Below are positions 1 through 9,449 of a DNA stretch of 32,000 nucleotides, one piece after another. The notes under the pieces are model-generated. The model was not told the origin of the DNA. It was given only the letters and a program-made list of their open reading frames with translations, and did not search any database. Position 1 is the first letter of the stretch. The number at the start of each line of letters is the position of its first letter. Source of the DNA: Synechococcus elongatus PCC 6301. GTDB lineage: Bacteria > Cyanobacteriota > Cyanobacteriia > Synechococcales > Synechococcaceae. The stretch lies in contig NC_006576.1 of the NCBI RefSeq assembly GCF_000010065.1, positions 2,340,001-2,372,000 of the forward strand, given 5' to 3'. The translations under genes were made by a program, and so were the position numbers.

Positions 1-70
1 CCTGGACAATATGGAGCTTTACCAGCTGATATGGGCATTATCGCCCGAAAAAGAATAGGGCTCTGAGCTT

Positions 71-1117
71 ATGCGGATTGCGATCGCAACAGTTCAAGTT
101 CCCTTCTGCCGAGGAGGTGCAGAACTGCATGCAGAGCGTTTGCAAGCTGCTCTACAAAACTATGGATATCAATCTAATATTCTGACCATACCGTTTGCCT
201 TCTCTCCCCCACAAGTAGTTAGCGAATCCATAGATATTTGGCAATCAAGAGCAATTCAGCAGCTTGTTGCGGCGAGCTGTGATGCTTTGGTTACACTTCG
301 CTTCCCCGCCTATCTCATTAAGCATCCGAAACGCGTTCTATGGCTATTGCATCAGCATCGTGCAGTCTATGACCTTTGGGAGACACCCTACACAGATGAG
401 CTATCTAAGAGTTCAGAAGGAAAAGCTTTACAACATAAAATTCAGGCTATTGACACAAGAGAAATTAGTCAATATCAACATCGATTTAGTAACTCAATAA
501 CGGTTTCTGAAAGACTTTATCAATTTAACGGTATCACCTCTGAATTTCTTTATCATCCACCACCACTGGTTGGTCGATACTACTGCCAGCCAGCTCAGCC
601 ATTTATTTTCTGTCCTAGCCGACTAGAGGATCTGAAACGTCAAGATTTATTGATTGAAGCAATCGCGAAACTACCCGATGTATGTGTAATCCTCGCTGGT
701 GAAGGCGGTAACCGGCATCGTCTTGAAGCACTAATCTCAGATTTAGGACTGCAAGATCGGGTACGGTTGCTGGGGCATATCAGCGAAGCAGAACTATTGG
801 CTTTTTATGCCAATTGCCGGGCAGTGTTCTATGCTCCCTATGATGAGGATTTTGGCTACGTTACGCTTGAAGCAATGCTTTCCCGTAAGCCCGTTATTAC
901 TTGTCTAGATTCTGGTGAACCTGCTCGTATTATTCAGCATCAACAGACAGGATGGATTTGCGAACCAACCCCTGATGCGATCGCTGAGGTTATTCAATGG
1001 TGTTGGCAACATTCACATCAACTAGAAGATATTGGCATTGCTGGATGGGACCACTATCAAAGCCTTGGTATTTCTTGGGAAAACGTGGTAAATCGTTTAA
1101 CTTCTTCGTTCGCGTAG
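71..1117 (+). CDS. Glycosyltransferase, GT-B fold / GT4-like (348 aa)
   Basis: ATG-initiated 348-aa ORF. The C-terminal half carries a retaining-GT4 style E-x7-E segment (EDFGYVTLEAMLSRKPVI). The N-terminal region (VPFCRGGAE; FPAYLIKHPKRVLWLLHQHR) is clearly paralogous to the first module of the next ORF. Confidence 0.85.
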   Translation: MRIAIATVQVPFCRGGAELHAERLQAALQNYGYQSNILTIPFAFSPPQVVSESIDIWQSRAIQQLVAASCDALVTLRFPAYLIKHPKRVLWLLHQHRAVYDLWETPYTDELSKSSEGKALQHKIQAIDTREISQYQHRFSNSITVSERLYQFNGITSEFLYHPPPLVGRYYCQPAQPFIFCPSRLEDLKRQDLLIEAIAKLPDVCVILAGEGGNRHRLEALISDLGLQDRVRLLGHISEAELLAFYANCRAVFYAPYDEDFGYVTLEAMLSRKPVITCLDSGEPARIIQHQQTGWICEPTPDAIAEVIQWCWQHSHQLEDIGIAGWDHYQSLGISWENVVNRLTSSFA

Positions 1118-1209
1118 AAGTTGATCTGTAGAACTTTGCGGGTGTCATTAATTGCTATCAAGAGTTACAATGACAGGTCATTCAGCTGTGTAATTGTGGC
1201 TTTTTAACT

Positions 1210-3591
1210 ATGCAGATTGGCATTATTGCTCCCAGCTCTGTCCCCTTCTGCATTGGTGGAGCTGAAAAATTTTGGTGGGGATTACAACGAGCCTTTAATG
1301 ATCTAACACCTCACGCAGCTGAATTAATTAAGCTACCATCGCCTGAAAATAATATCTACGACTTAATTCAAAGTTATCAACGGTTTTCACGATTTAATCT
1401 GAATCATTTTGACCTGCTAATAAGTAGCAAATATCCTGCTTGGATGGTTAATCATCCCCGCCATCTTTGCTATCTTCAACATCGTCTTCGTGGCCTTTAT
1501 GATACTGATAATGGTCATCAAGGAAATTTGAACTTAGCTCGCTATTCTCAACTCCAAAAAATTGAGAAAATCCTTGAAAAAAATGGCGATCGCTCCCAGC
1601 TAGAGCTTTTATTCTCTGAATTGAACGATTTCTTGAAAAATGAGCCTAGTGATTCTAAGCTTTTAGAGTTCCCTGGACAATTGATTCGGAAAGTTATTCA
1701 CTTTTGCGATCGCATTGCCTTGAGCCCTACTGAGATTGCTGGTTACGCTGCGATTTCCCAAAATGTTGCCCAGCGCAAAAACTACCTTCCTGATTCGGTA
1801 CGTCCGAAAGTAATTTATCATCCCTCTGATTTAGAAAAATTCTATTGTGATAAACAAGATTACTTTTTTACTATTAGTCGTTTAGATAACGCCAAGCGAG
1901 TCAGTTTGCTGATTTCTGCAATGCAGCAAGCTAAAACAGATATTCCATTACTGATTGCAGGGACTGGACCTGAATCAGAGAGTCTTAAAAAACAAGCTGG
2001 AAATGATTCCCGAGTTCGATTCTTAGGTTTTGTGAAAGATCGAGAGGTAATTGATCTCTATGCCAATGCTTTAGCTGTCCTTTATGTTCCCTATGACGAA
2101 GATTATGGGCTAGTTCCTATTGAAGCCTTTCGCTCTGGTAAGCCTGTTATTACAGTTACGGATGCTGGTGGCCCTTTAGAGTTTGTTCAAAACTTGACAA
2201 CGGGTTGGGTCGTGCCTCCAAAACCTGCAGCGATCGCTCAAGCAATTGATGACTGCAGCCAGAACCCTAGTCGTGCAGCGGAGTATGGCAAGGCGGGGCA
2301 AGCGATCGCAGAAACGATTACATGGGAAAAGACTGTTCAAGAACTGCTAGATCTAGTCGAACCCAAATTACAGCCTGCTACACCGCGACGATCGCAGCTT
2401 GTAATTGGATCAACCTTCCCTGTTACCCCACCCCGGAGTGGCGGGCAAAGCCGAATTTTTAATCTTTATCGAGCACTCAGTCATGAATTTGAGGTTGAAT
2501 TGATCAGCCTTGGCCCAGTTAATAGTGAGCCCAAAACCTATCAAATCAATCCAAACTTCTGTGAAGTTGTTATTCCTAAATCACCGATCCATCAAAAACT
2601 AGAAAGTCGGCTCGAGCGTCAAGCTGGTATTTCAATTGGAGATCTCGCTGCAACTTTTTATGGCGATCGCACACCGCAACTGCTTGAAGTGATTGAGCAG
2701 CGACGATCGCAGGCTGATGTTCTGATTGCTTCTCATCCTTACTTACTGCCTTGGCTACAGCCCAATTCCAGGGCTAATAAATTAGTCTATGAAGCACACA
2801 ACTGTGAGTTTGACCTCAAGCGGGGTCTGTTTCCCCAAAACCGTAAAGGAACGAATTTAACCCAAGAAGTACTAAAGCTGGAAGAAAATGCTTGTCAACA
2901 AGCTGATCTGATTGTGGCTTGTCTAGAGGCTGATTGGGAGCGGCTCTGCCATCTGTATCACTGCCAAAAGACACCTTATGTTTTAGTTCCTAACGGAGTT
3001 AACTGCCAAGAAGTTACTTTTGTTGATTCCGCCCTGCGATCGCAGTGGAAACAAAAGATTGGTTATTCATCCTTTATTTTTCTATTTATCGGAAGTTGGC
3101 ATCAACCGAATGTCGAAGCTGCCCACAGCATTGTCAGTTGGGCTATCGACTTCCCCGAGCAACAGTTTTTAATTGTGGGTAGTGTTGGCCACGCGATTGA
3201 GCAAGAGTTTAGACGAATTCCTCCTAATATTCATTGCTTGGGTGAAGTGGATGCACGGACTAAGCAAGTGGCTCTTAATGTCGCTGATGTAGCACTGAAT
3301 CCTATGACGTCTGGTTCCGGTTCTAACCTAAAAGTAGTGGAATATTTAGCCGGTGGCTTACCGCTCATTACTACTGAGTTTGGAGTTCGAGCATTGCCTT
3401 TAGAACTGCAGGAACAGTGTCAGATTGGTGCTTTGAATGAGTTTCCAATGCTGATGCAAAAAGCGATTGATCAACCAGACTTACACGATCCTATCGCCCG
3501 CAGAAATGCTCGCTATATCGTTGAGCAAAAACTTGATTGGCGAGCGATCGCCAAGGACTACGCGATCGCCCTCAAAGAATTGTTGAAATAA
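1210..3591 (+). CDS. Two-module glycosyltransferase (793 aa), a tandem GT4-like fusion
   Basis: Module 1 (aa 1 to about 385) contains VPFCIGGAE and EDYGLVPIEAFRSGKPVI. A Pro/Arg-rich linker follows (EPKLQPATPRRSQ). Module 2 (about aa 397-793) contains GGQSRIFNLYRAL and GSGSNLKVVEYLAGGLPLI. ATG at 1210. Confidence 0.85.
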   Translation: MQIGIIAPSSVPFCIGGAEKFWWGLQRAFNDLTPHAAELIKLPSPENNIYDLIQSYQRFSRFNLNHFDLLISSKYPAWMVNHPRHLCYLQHRLRGLYDTDNGHQGNLNLARYSQLQKIEKILEKNGDRSQLELLFSELNDFLKNEPSDSKLLEFPGQLIRKVIHFCDRIALSPTEIAGYAAISQNVAQRKNYLPDSVRPKVIYHPSDLEKFYCDKQDYFFTISRLDNAKRVSLLISAMQQAKTDIPLLIAGTGPESESLKKQAGNDSRVRFLGFVKDREVIDLYANALAVLYVPYDEDYGLVPIEAFRSGKPVITVTDAGGPLEFVQNLTTGWVVPPKPAAIAQAIDDCSQNPSRAAEYGKAGQAIAETITWEKTVQELLDLVEPKLQPATPRRSQLVIGSTFPVTPPRSGGQSRIFNLYRALSHEFEVELISLGPVNSEPKTYQINPNFCEVVIPKSPIHQKLESRLERQAGISIGDLAATFYGDRTPQLLEVIEQRRSQADVLIASHPYLLPWLQPNSRANKLVYEAHNCEFDLKRGLFPQNRKGTNLTQEVLKLEENACQQADLIVACLEADWERLCHLYHCQKTPYVLVPNGVNCQEVTFVDSALRSQWKQKIGYSSFIFLFIGSWHQPNVEAAHSIVSWAIDFPEQQFLIVGSVGHAIEQEFRRIPPNIHCLGEVDARTKQVALNVADVALNPMTSGSGSNLKVVEYLAGGLPLITTEFGVRALPLELQEQCQIGALNEFPMLMQKAIDQPDLHDPIARRNARYIVEQKLDWRAIAKDYAIALKELLK

Positions 3592-3635
3592 TCTAGTCCT
3601 AGCGAGCTTGAATTCTGACGCCTGAAGGTTGCAAT

Positions 3636-4217
3636 TTAGACCTTTGCGAGGGTGACCCGCTCTGGCTGGTTCTGATATTTACCAAAGCGATCGGCGTAGG
3701 TGGTGTCGCAGGGTTCGCCTTCGAGGAATAGCAGCTGACAGATTCCTTCATTGGCGTAAATGCGGCAGTCGGCACCAGAAGAGTTGCTAAACTCCAGCGT
3801 CAAATGACCTTCCCAAGAAGCTTCTGCTGGTGTCGTATTTACAATGATGCCGAGGCGAGCGTAGGTGCTTTTGCCCAAGCAAACGACGGTGATGTTCGAT
3901 GGGACGCGCAGTCGTTCCAGTGCCACTCCAAGGCCATAACTATGGGCAGGAAGGATGAAGTATTGACCATCCTGATCCTCATGCAATTCCACCGACTCTA
4001 GGTTGGCGGGATTGAAGCGCTTGGGATTGACGACGGTGCCGGGAATATGACGAAAGATCAGAAACTCTTGGGGCGACAACCGCAGGTCATAGCCATAGGA
4101 GGAACAGCCATAGCTGAGAACAGGGGCGTCGGCGCTGTGGCGAATCAGATTGGCCTCAAATGGCTCAATCATGCCGGCGCGGGCTTGTTCAACAATCCAC
4201 TTATCGTTCTTGAGCAT
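3636..4217 (-). CDS. dcd: dCTP deaminase
   Basis: 193-aa ORF with ATG at 4217-4215. The N-terminus (MLKNDKWI...GMIEPF), the length and the overall sequence are characteristic of the Dcd/dUTPase-fold family. Confidence 0.85.
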   Translation of the reverse strand: MLKNDKWIVEQARAGMIEPFEANLIRHSADAPVLSYGCSSYGYDLRLSPQEFLIFRHIPGTVVNPKRFNPANLESVELHEDQDGQYFILPAHSYGLGVALERLRVPSNITVVCLGKSTYARLGIIVNTTPAEASWEGHLTLEFSNSSGADCRIYANEGICQLLFLEGEPCDTTYADRFGKYQNQPERVTLAKV

Positions 4218-4270
4218 GGCGATCGCAGCAATTCATGCTCATCATAAGTTGCGATCGCAGAGGTTCTTCG

Positions 4271-4759
4271 ATGGGTCAGCCACAAACTGCTGAGGGTTGG
4301 ATTTCGGCGCTGGACTTGCAACCGCATCCAGAAGGCGGGTTCTACCGCGAGATCTATCGTGCTGACGGGATGGTTACTGCAGGCGATCGCCAGCGATCAG
4401 CGAGTACAGCTATCTATTATCTGCTGCGGGCCGGGGAGCGATCGCGATTACATCGCCTGAAATCCGATGAACTTTGGCATTTCTACGCAGGTCAGCCTCT
4501 GACTGTCCACCAGCTCATTCCTGAGCAGGGCTACCAGACGCTGACGATCGGGGCTGATCTCAGCCAAGGTCAGCAACTCTGTGGTGCAGTGCCGGCGGGT
4601 GTTTGGTTTGGGGCAACTGTTGCAGCCGAAACTGGATTCTCTTTAGTGGGCTGTACCGTCGCGCCGGGCTTCAGCTTCGAGGATTTTGAAATGGCGGAAG
4701 CAGAGGTCTTACTGCAGTTGTTCCCTAGGTCGCGATCGCTGATTGAACAATTAACTTGA
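4271..4759 (+). CDS. Cupin-fold protein, DUF985 family
   Basis: Contains L-QPHPEGGFYREIYR, typical of DUF985 cupins. I prefer the ATG at 4271 (AGAGG about 9 nt upstream) over the ORF-track ATG at 4235, which adds the odd peptide MLIISCDRRGSS. Confidence 0.75.
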   Translation: MGQPQTAEGWISALDLQPHPEGGFYREIYRADGMVTAGDRQRSASTAIYYLLRAGERSRLHRLKSDELWHFYAGQPLTVHQLIPEQGYQTLTIGADLSQGQQLCGAVPAGVWFGATVAAETGFSLVGCTVAPGFSFEDFEMAEAEVLLQLFPRSRSLIEQLT

Positions 4760-4820
4760 AGCAAGCGGCGGAGCTCGAATGAGATAATGGAGACTCGCCA
4801 TTTTCGTCATAGCAACGCCA

Positions 4821-6227
4821 ATGAGCCGCGGTACCCTGTTCGACAAAGTTTGGGACTTGCACACGGTTGCCACCTTGCCCTCGGGCCAGACGCAGCTGTT
4901 CATTGGCCTGCACCTGATCCACGAAGTCACCAGCCCGCAAGCCTTTTCGATGCTGCGCGATCGCGGCTTGACCGTGAAATTTCCGGGACGAACGGTCGCA
5001 ACGGTTGACCATATTGTGCCGACGGAAAATCAGGCGCGTCCTTTTGCAGACAGCTTGGCCGAGGAGATGATTGTCACCTTGGAGCGCAACTGCCGCGAGA
5101 ATGGCATCCGCTTCTACAACATCGGTTCGGGCAGTCAGGGCATCGTCCATGTGATTGCGCCAGAGCAAGGCTTGACTCAGCCCGGCATGACGATCGCTTG
5201 CGGTGATAGCCATACCAGTACTCACGGGGCGTTTGGTGCCATCGCTTTTGGGATTGGCACCAGCCAAGTTCGCGATGTCTTGGCCTCACAAACGCTGGCG
5301 CTGAGTAAGCTGAAAGTTCGCAAGATCGAAGTCAACGGCGAGCTGCAGCCCGGCGTCTACGCCAAGGACGTGATTCTGCACATCATCCGTAAGCTCGGTG
5401 TCAAAGGTGGCGTCGGCTACGCCTACGAGTTCGCGGGTAGCACTTTCGCGGCGATGTCGATGGAAGAACGGATGACCGTCTGCAACATGGCGATCGAGGG
5501 CGGGGCGCGTTGCGGCTACGTCAATCCAGATCAGATCACCTATGACTATCTGCAAGGTCGTGAGTTTGCGCCCCAAGGCGAAGCCTGGGATCGGGCGATC
5601 GCTTGGTGGGAGAGCCTGCGCAGCGAAGCCGATGCGGAATATGACGATGTTGTTGTCTTTGATGCGGCGGAGATTGCACCGACCGTGACTTGGGGGATTA
5701 CCCCCGGCCAAGGCATCGGGATCACGGAGACCATCCCGACGCCCGATAGTTTGCTCGATGAAGATCGGGCGGTAGCGGCGGAAGCCTACAGCTACATGGA
5801 TTTGGAGCCTGGTGCACCGCTGCAAGGTACGAAAGTTGATGTCTGTTTCATCGGTAGTTGCACTAATGGCCGGTTGAGCGACTTGCGCGAAGCTGCCAAG
5901 GTTGCCCAAGGTCGCAAGGTCGCGGCGGGGATTAAAGCCTTCGTGGTGCCCGGTTCCGAGCGCGTCAAACAGCAAGCCGAAGCCGAAGGCCTCGACCAAA
6001 TCTTTACGGCGGCAGGCTTTGAGTGGCGGCAGGCCGGCTGCTCGATGTGTCTGGCGATGAACCCGGACAAACTGGAAGGCCGCCAAATCAGTGCTTCTTC
6101 ATCCAACCGCAACTTCAAGGGGCGCCAAGGCTCAGCTTCGGGTCGGACGCTTTTGATGAGTCCGGCGATGGTGGCGGCAGCAGCGATCGCGGGCGAAGTG
6201 ACGGACGTTCGTAACTGGCTGAACTAG
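4821..6227 (+). CDS. leuC: 3-isopropylmalate dehydratase large subunit
   Basis: 468 aa. N-terminus is [14 protein letters not shown]. Aconitase-family Fe-S ligand motifs are present ([24 protein letters not shown]). Confidence 0.95.
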   Translation: MSRGTLFDKVWDLHTVATLPSGQTQLFIGLHLIHEVTSPQAFSMLRDRGLTVKFPGRTVATVDHIVPTENQARPFADSLAEEMIVTLERNCRENGIRFYNIGSGSQGIVHVIAPEQGLTQPGMTIACGDSHTSTHGAFGAIAFGIGTSQVRDVLASQTLALSKLKVRKIEVNGELQPGVYAKDVILHIIRKLGVKGGVGYAYEFAGSTFAAMSMEERMTVCNMAIEGGARCGYVNPDQITYDYLQGREFAPQGEAWDRAIAWWESLRSEADAEYDDVVVFDAAEIAPTVTWGITPGQGIGITETIPTPDSLLDEDRAVAAEAYSYMDLEPGAPLQGTKVDVCFIGSCTNGRLSDLREAAKVAQGRKVAAGIKAFVVPGSERVKQQAEAEGLDQIFTAAGFEWRQAGCSMCLAMNPDKLEGRQISASSSNRNFKGRQGSASGRTLLMSPAMVAAAAIAGEVTDVRNWLN

Positions 6228-7118
6228 GTGCCGCCTCTGCGTCTGGCGATCGTTGGCGATATCCACGATCAGTGGACGCTGGCGGATCAACAACTGCTGC
6301 TGCAACTTCAGCCGGATCTGACGCTGTTTGTCGGTGACTTTGGCAATGAGTCGCTGGCCCTAGTTCAAGCGATCGCGGCGATCCCTTTGCGGAAGGCGGT
6401 GATTCTCGGTAACCACGATGCTTGGTACACGGCGACCCGCTGGCGGCGATCGCAATGTCCCTACGACTGGATGCGCGAAAATCGCTTTGAGCAGCAGCTA
6501 GAGGCGCTGGGGGGGCTTCATATCGGCTATGGTCGCCTCGATTTTCCTGAGTGGAATTTGAGCGTGGTCGGGGGGCGACCCTGTAGTGCAGGCGGCAGCC
6601 AGTGGCAGCATCGCCGCTTTTATCGCCACTACTACCAAGTTGGCAGCTTCCCTGAATCGGCGCAACGGATTGCCGATTGTGCGATCGCCTCACCCTGTGA
6701 TCGTGTCCTCTTCCTCGCTCACTGCGGCCCCAGTGGTTTGGGCGATCAACCGGAAGATCCCTGTGGCAAGGATTGGTCGCGTCCCGGTGGAGATTTCGGC
6801 GATCCGGATCTGGCCATGGCGATCGCTCAAGTTCAGGCCCAGAAAGTAGTGCCCCTCGTCTGTTTTGGGCACATGCACCACCGCCTGCGGCATCGTCGCG
6901 ATCGCCCGCGACGCAGTTGGCATCGGGATACTGCTGGCACGGTCTACCTCAATGCAGCTGCGAGTCCGCGCATCTTGAAAGCGCAGCAAACAACGCTGCA
7001 CCACTTGCTCTGGGTTGAACTCAGCGACAGTCTGGTCACCGCTCAGCAGACTTGGTGGACGCCTGCGGGAGTCTTAGTTCAATCCGAAGAACTGCCGTTG
7101 GTGCCCCAGCCAGCTTGA
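6228..7118 (+). CDS. Calcineurin-like metallophosphoesterase (function unknown)
   Basis: GTG start directly abuts the leuC TAG (6225-6227). All five metallophosphoesterase motifs are visible: GDIHD, GDFGNE, GNHD, AHCGP, GHMHH. Confidence 0.8.
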   Translation: MPPLRLAIVGDIHDQWTLADQQLLLQLQPDLTLFVGDFGNESLALVQAIAAIPLRKAVILGNHDAWYTATRWRRSQCPYDWMRENRFEQQLEALGGLHIGYGRLDFPEWNLSVVGGRPCSAGGSQWQHRRFYRHYYQVGSFPESAQRIADCAIASPCDRVLFLAHCGPSGLGDQPEDPCGKDWSRPGGDFGDPDLAMAIAQVQAQKVVPLVCFGHMHHRLRHRRDRPRRSWHRDTAGTVYLNAAASPRILKAQQTTLHHLLWVELSDSLVTAQQTWWTPAGVLVQSEELPLVPQPA

Positions 7119-7147
7119 TAAAATCACCTGCGGACTGGGCGGAGAAA

Positions 7148-8395
<1,248 letters not shown>

Positions 8396-8430
8396 AGGGC
8401 TCGATGCTCCCAGTGATCGTCAAAACAAAG

Positions 8431-8460
8431 AAGGCCTTCAGGTGTCTTGAAGACCTTTTG
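8431..8460. terminator. Hairpin between convergent argJ and the oxygenase-like gene (likely a bidirectional intrinsic terminator)
   Basis: AAGGCCTTCA (8431-8440) pairs with TGAAGACCTT (8448-8457) with one mismatch, around a 7-nt loop. A T-run follows on the + strand (TTTTG). The - strand has a better T-rich tail (CTTTGTTTTG). Confidence 0.55.
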
Positions 8461-8466
8461 AGTAAA

Positions 8467-9279
8467 TTAGGGCAGGAGTCGCTTGATCAGCTGCTTGAGG
8501 CGTTGCCGTTTTGATCCGAGGTCCGCTGTCGTCACAGCGGGGCGACTTTCGGGCAGCTCAAACACCACGTTAAACAGTCGTCGCTGCTGTCCTGCGGGGC
8601 AGGTGAGTGCCTCAACGCCATGCCACGCTTCAGGGGTATTGCGGAATAGGAAGCAGCGGTTGTTGAGAAACTGTGTGGGGATGATGGTGCCAAATTGGTT
8701 GAAGTCGGGATTCATCACCTTGGTTTTACGATCGCCTAGAACCAGCGTTGCCCCACCCCAAGCTGGATCCCAATTGGCATCGGTATTGAAGTAGAAAATC
8801 AGGGTGCCAATCTTCAGCTCGGAATCAAGGTGCGGCGACACTTCTGAACCACCCGTTCCCACATGCCAGGCAAAACGCATCAGGTAGCGATCGCTACCCA
8901 AGGCCTGACGAATGAATCGATGGAAAGACTCTGAAGTCTGAAGCTCAGTCAAGAATTGCTGCCACGGTAAGGGCAGATCTGTGAGTCGAGCGACGCCAGG
9001 AGCTGAGGCGCCAGCACTTGGCCCGTGGTAAATCGATGTCTCGTAGGCCAGGTAGTAGCGATCGTGAGGGCGCTGGCCATAGTGCCGACTGCGGCTTTCA
9101 TGGCGTTCAAATAGACTGAGCGGAGGGAACTGCGCACACAATTGCTCAAATGCAGGAGCCGCAAGCAGCCCTACTGGGTTGAGCCACGGAAAAGGCGATC
9201 GCTGCAAGAAAGCATCCACGTCTAGGCCAGCGAGCACCTGCGGGTCTAGGAACGTTGTGGGAGCGAGCGTAGTGCCCAT
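8467..9279 (-). CDS. 2OG-Fe(II) oxygenase-superfamily protein (hypothetical)
   Basis: 270-aa ORF. It shows the facial-triad pattern H-x-D (SPHLDS), a distal His (AWHGVEAL) and a downstream Arg (QQRRLFNVVF), with beta-rich spacing typical of double-stranded beta-helix hydroxylases. Confidence 0.6.
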   Translation of the reverse strand: MGTTLAPTTFLDPQVLAGLDVDAFLQRSPFPWLNPVGLLAAPAFEQLCAQFPPLSLFERHESRSRHYGQRPHDRYYLAYETSIYHGPSAGASAPGVARLTDLPLPWQQFLTELQTSESFHRFIRQALGSDRYLMRFAWHVGTGGSEVSPHLDSELKIGTLIFYFNTDANWDPAWGGATLVLGDRKTKVMNPDFNQFGTIIPTQFLNNRCFLFRNTPEAWHGVEALTCPAGQQRRLFNVVFELPESRPAVTTADLGSKRQRLKQLIKRLLP

Positions 9280-9449
9280 CTTTGATTTTTAGAAACCAAG
9301 CCAGTTCTTAGTCTAGGGTTCGAAACCAGAAATGAGACTGCCGCCTAGACCAGAATACCGGTGGTCACAGGTTGGTCTTTCTCGACAAGGATGGCAGGAT
9401 ACTGCCAAGCCCTCTGCTCCACTCTCTTTCTTCGGCCAAGGTTGACGCA

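Noticed and set aside
1-70. Possible 3' end of an upstream + strand gene at the left edge. Frame 2 is open to TAG 56-58, and frame 1 is open to TGA 64-66.
   Set aside because: Two frames are open to the window edge, and fewer than 22 codons are visible. No call can be supported.
1-3600. The AT-rich glycosyltransferase blocks (also 15060-17900) considered as recently acquired genomic islands or mobile elements.
   Set aside because: They have no integrase, transposase, flanking tRNA, terminal inverted repeats or target-site duplications. HIP1 density is host-like. They are kept only as a compositional observation.
4760-4820. Possible leader or attenuator upstream of leuC: a small AATGG...CCATT hairpin in the 61-bp spacer.
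   Set aside because: The stem is only 5 bp. There is no leader peptide with Leu codons and no alternative pairing, so the evidence for attenuation is insufficient.
5286-6086. Long antisense or shadow ORFs opposite or overlapping well-supported genes. Examples: 5286-6086 (266 aa) and 4725-5267 opposite leuC; 6115-6693 and 6690-7004 opposite the phosphoesterase; 7349-7954 opposite argJ; 18292-18891 opposite recJ; 21930-22427 over psbU and the nadB start; 26283-26843 inside the DUF58-TgpA junction; 27385-27747; 28123-28551; 30170-30706.
   Set aside because: They lie entirely within or across genes that have strong family signatures on the other strand or frame. Their translations are Arg/Ala/Pro/Gly/Ser-rich low-complexity strings typical of stop-poor alternative frames in GC-rich DNA. 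None shows a recognisable motif.
7052-7147. N-terminal extensions offered by the ORF track: argJ from 7052, DUF58 from 25244, TgpA-like from 26245, permease from 9372, cupin from 4235.
   Set aside because: The extensions overlap the preceding gene or intergenic DNA and encode non-conserved-looking peptides. Internal ATG codons coincide with typical family N-termini and, for DUF58 and TgpA, with ATGA stop/start coupling.
9317-9328. A tRNA T-loop-like string, GGTTCGAAACC, in the spacer upstream of the permease gene.
   Set aside because: The flanks cannot form a 5-bp T-stem, and no acceptor, D or anticodon arms can be built around it. It is not a tRNA or a convincing tRNA remnant.
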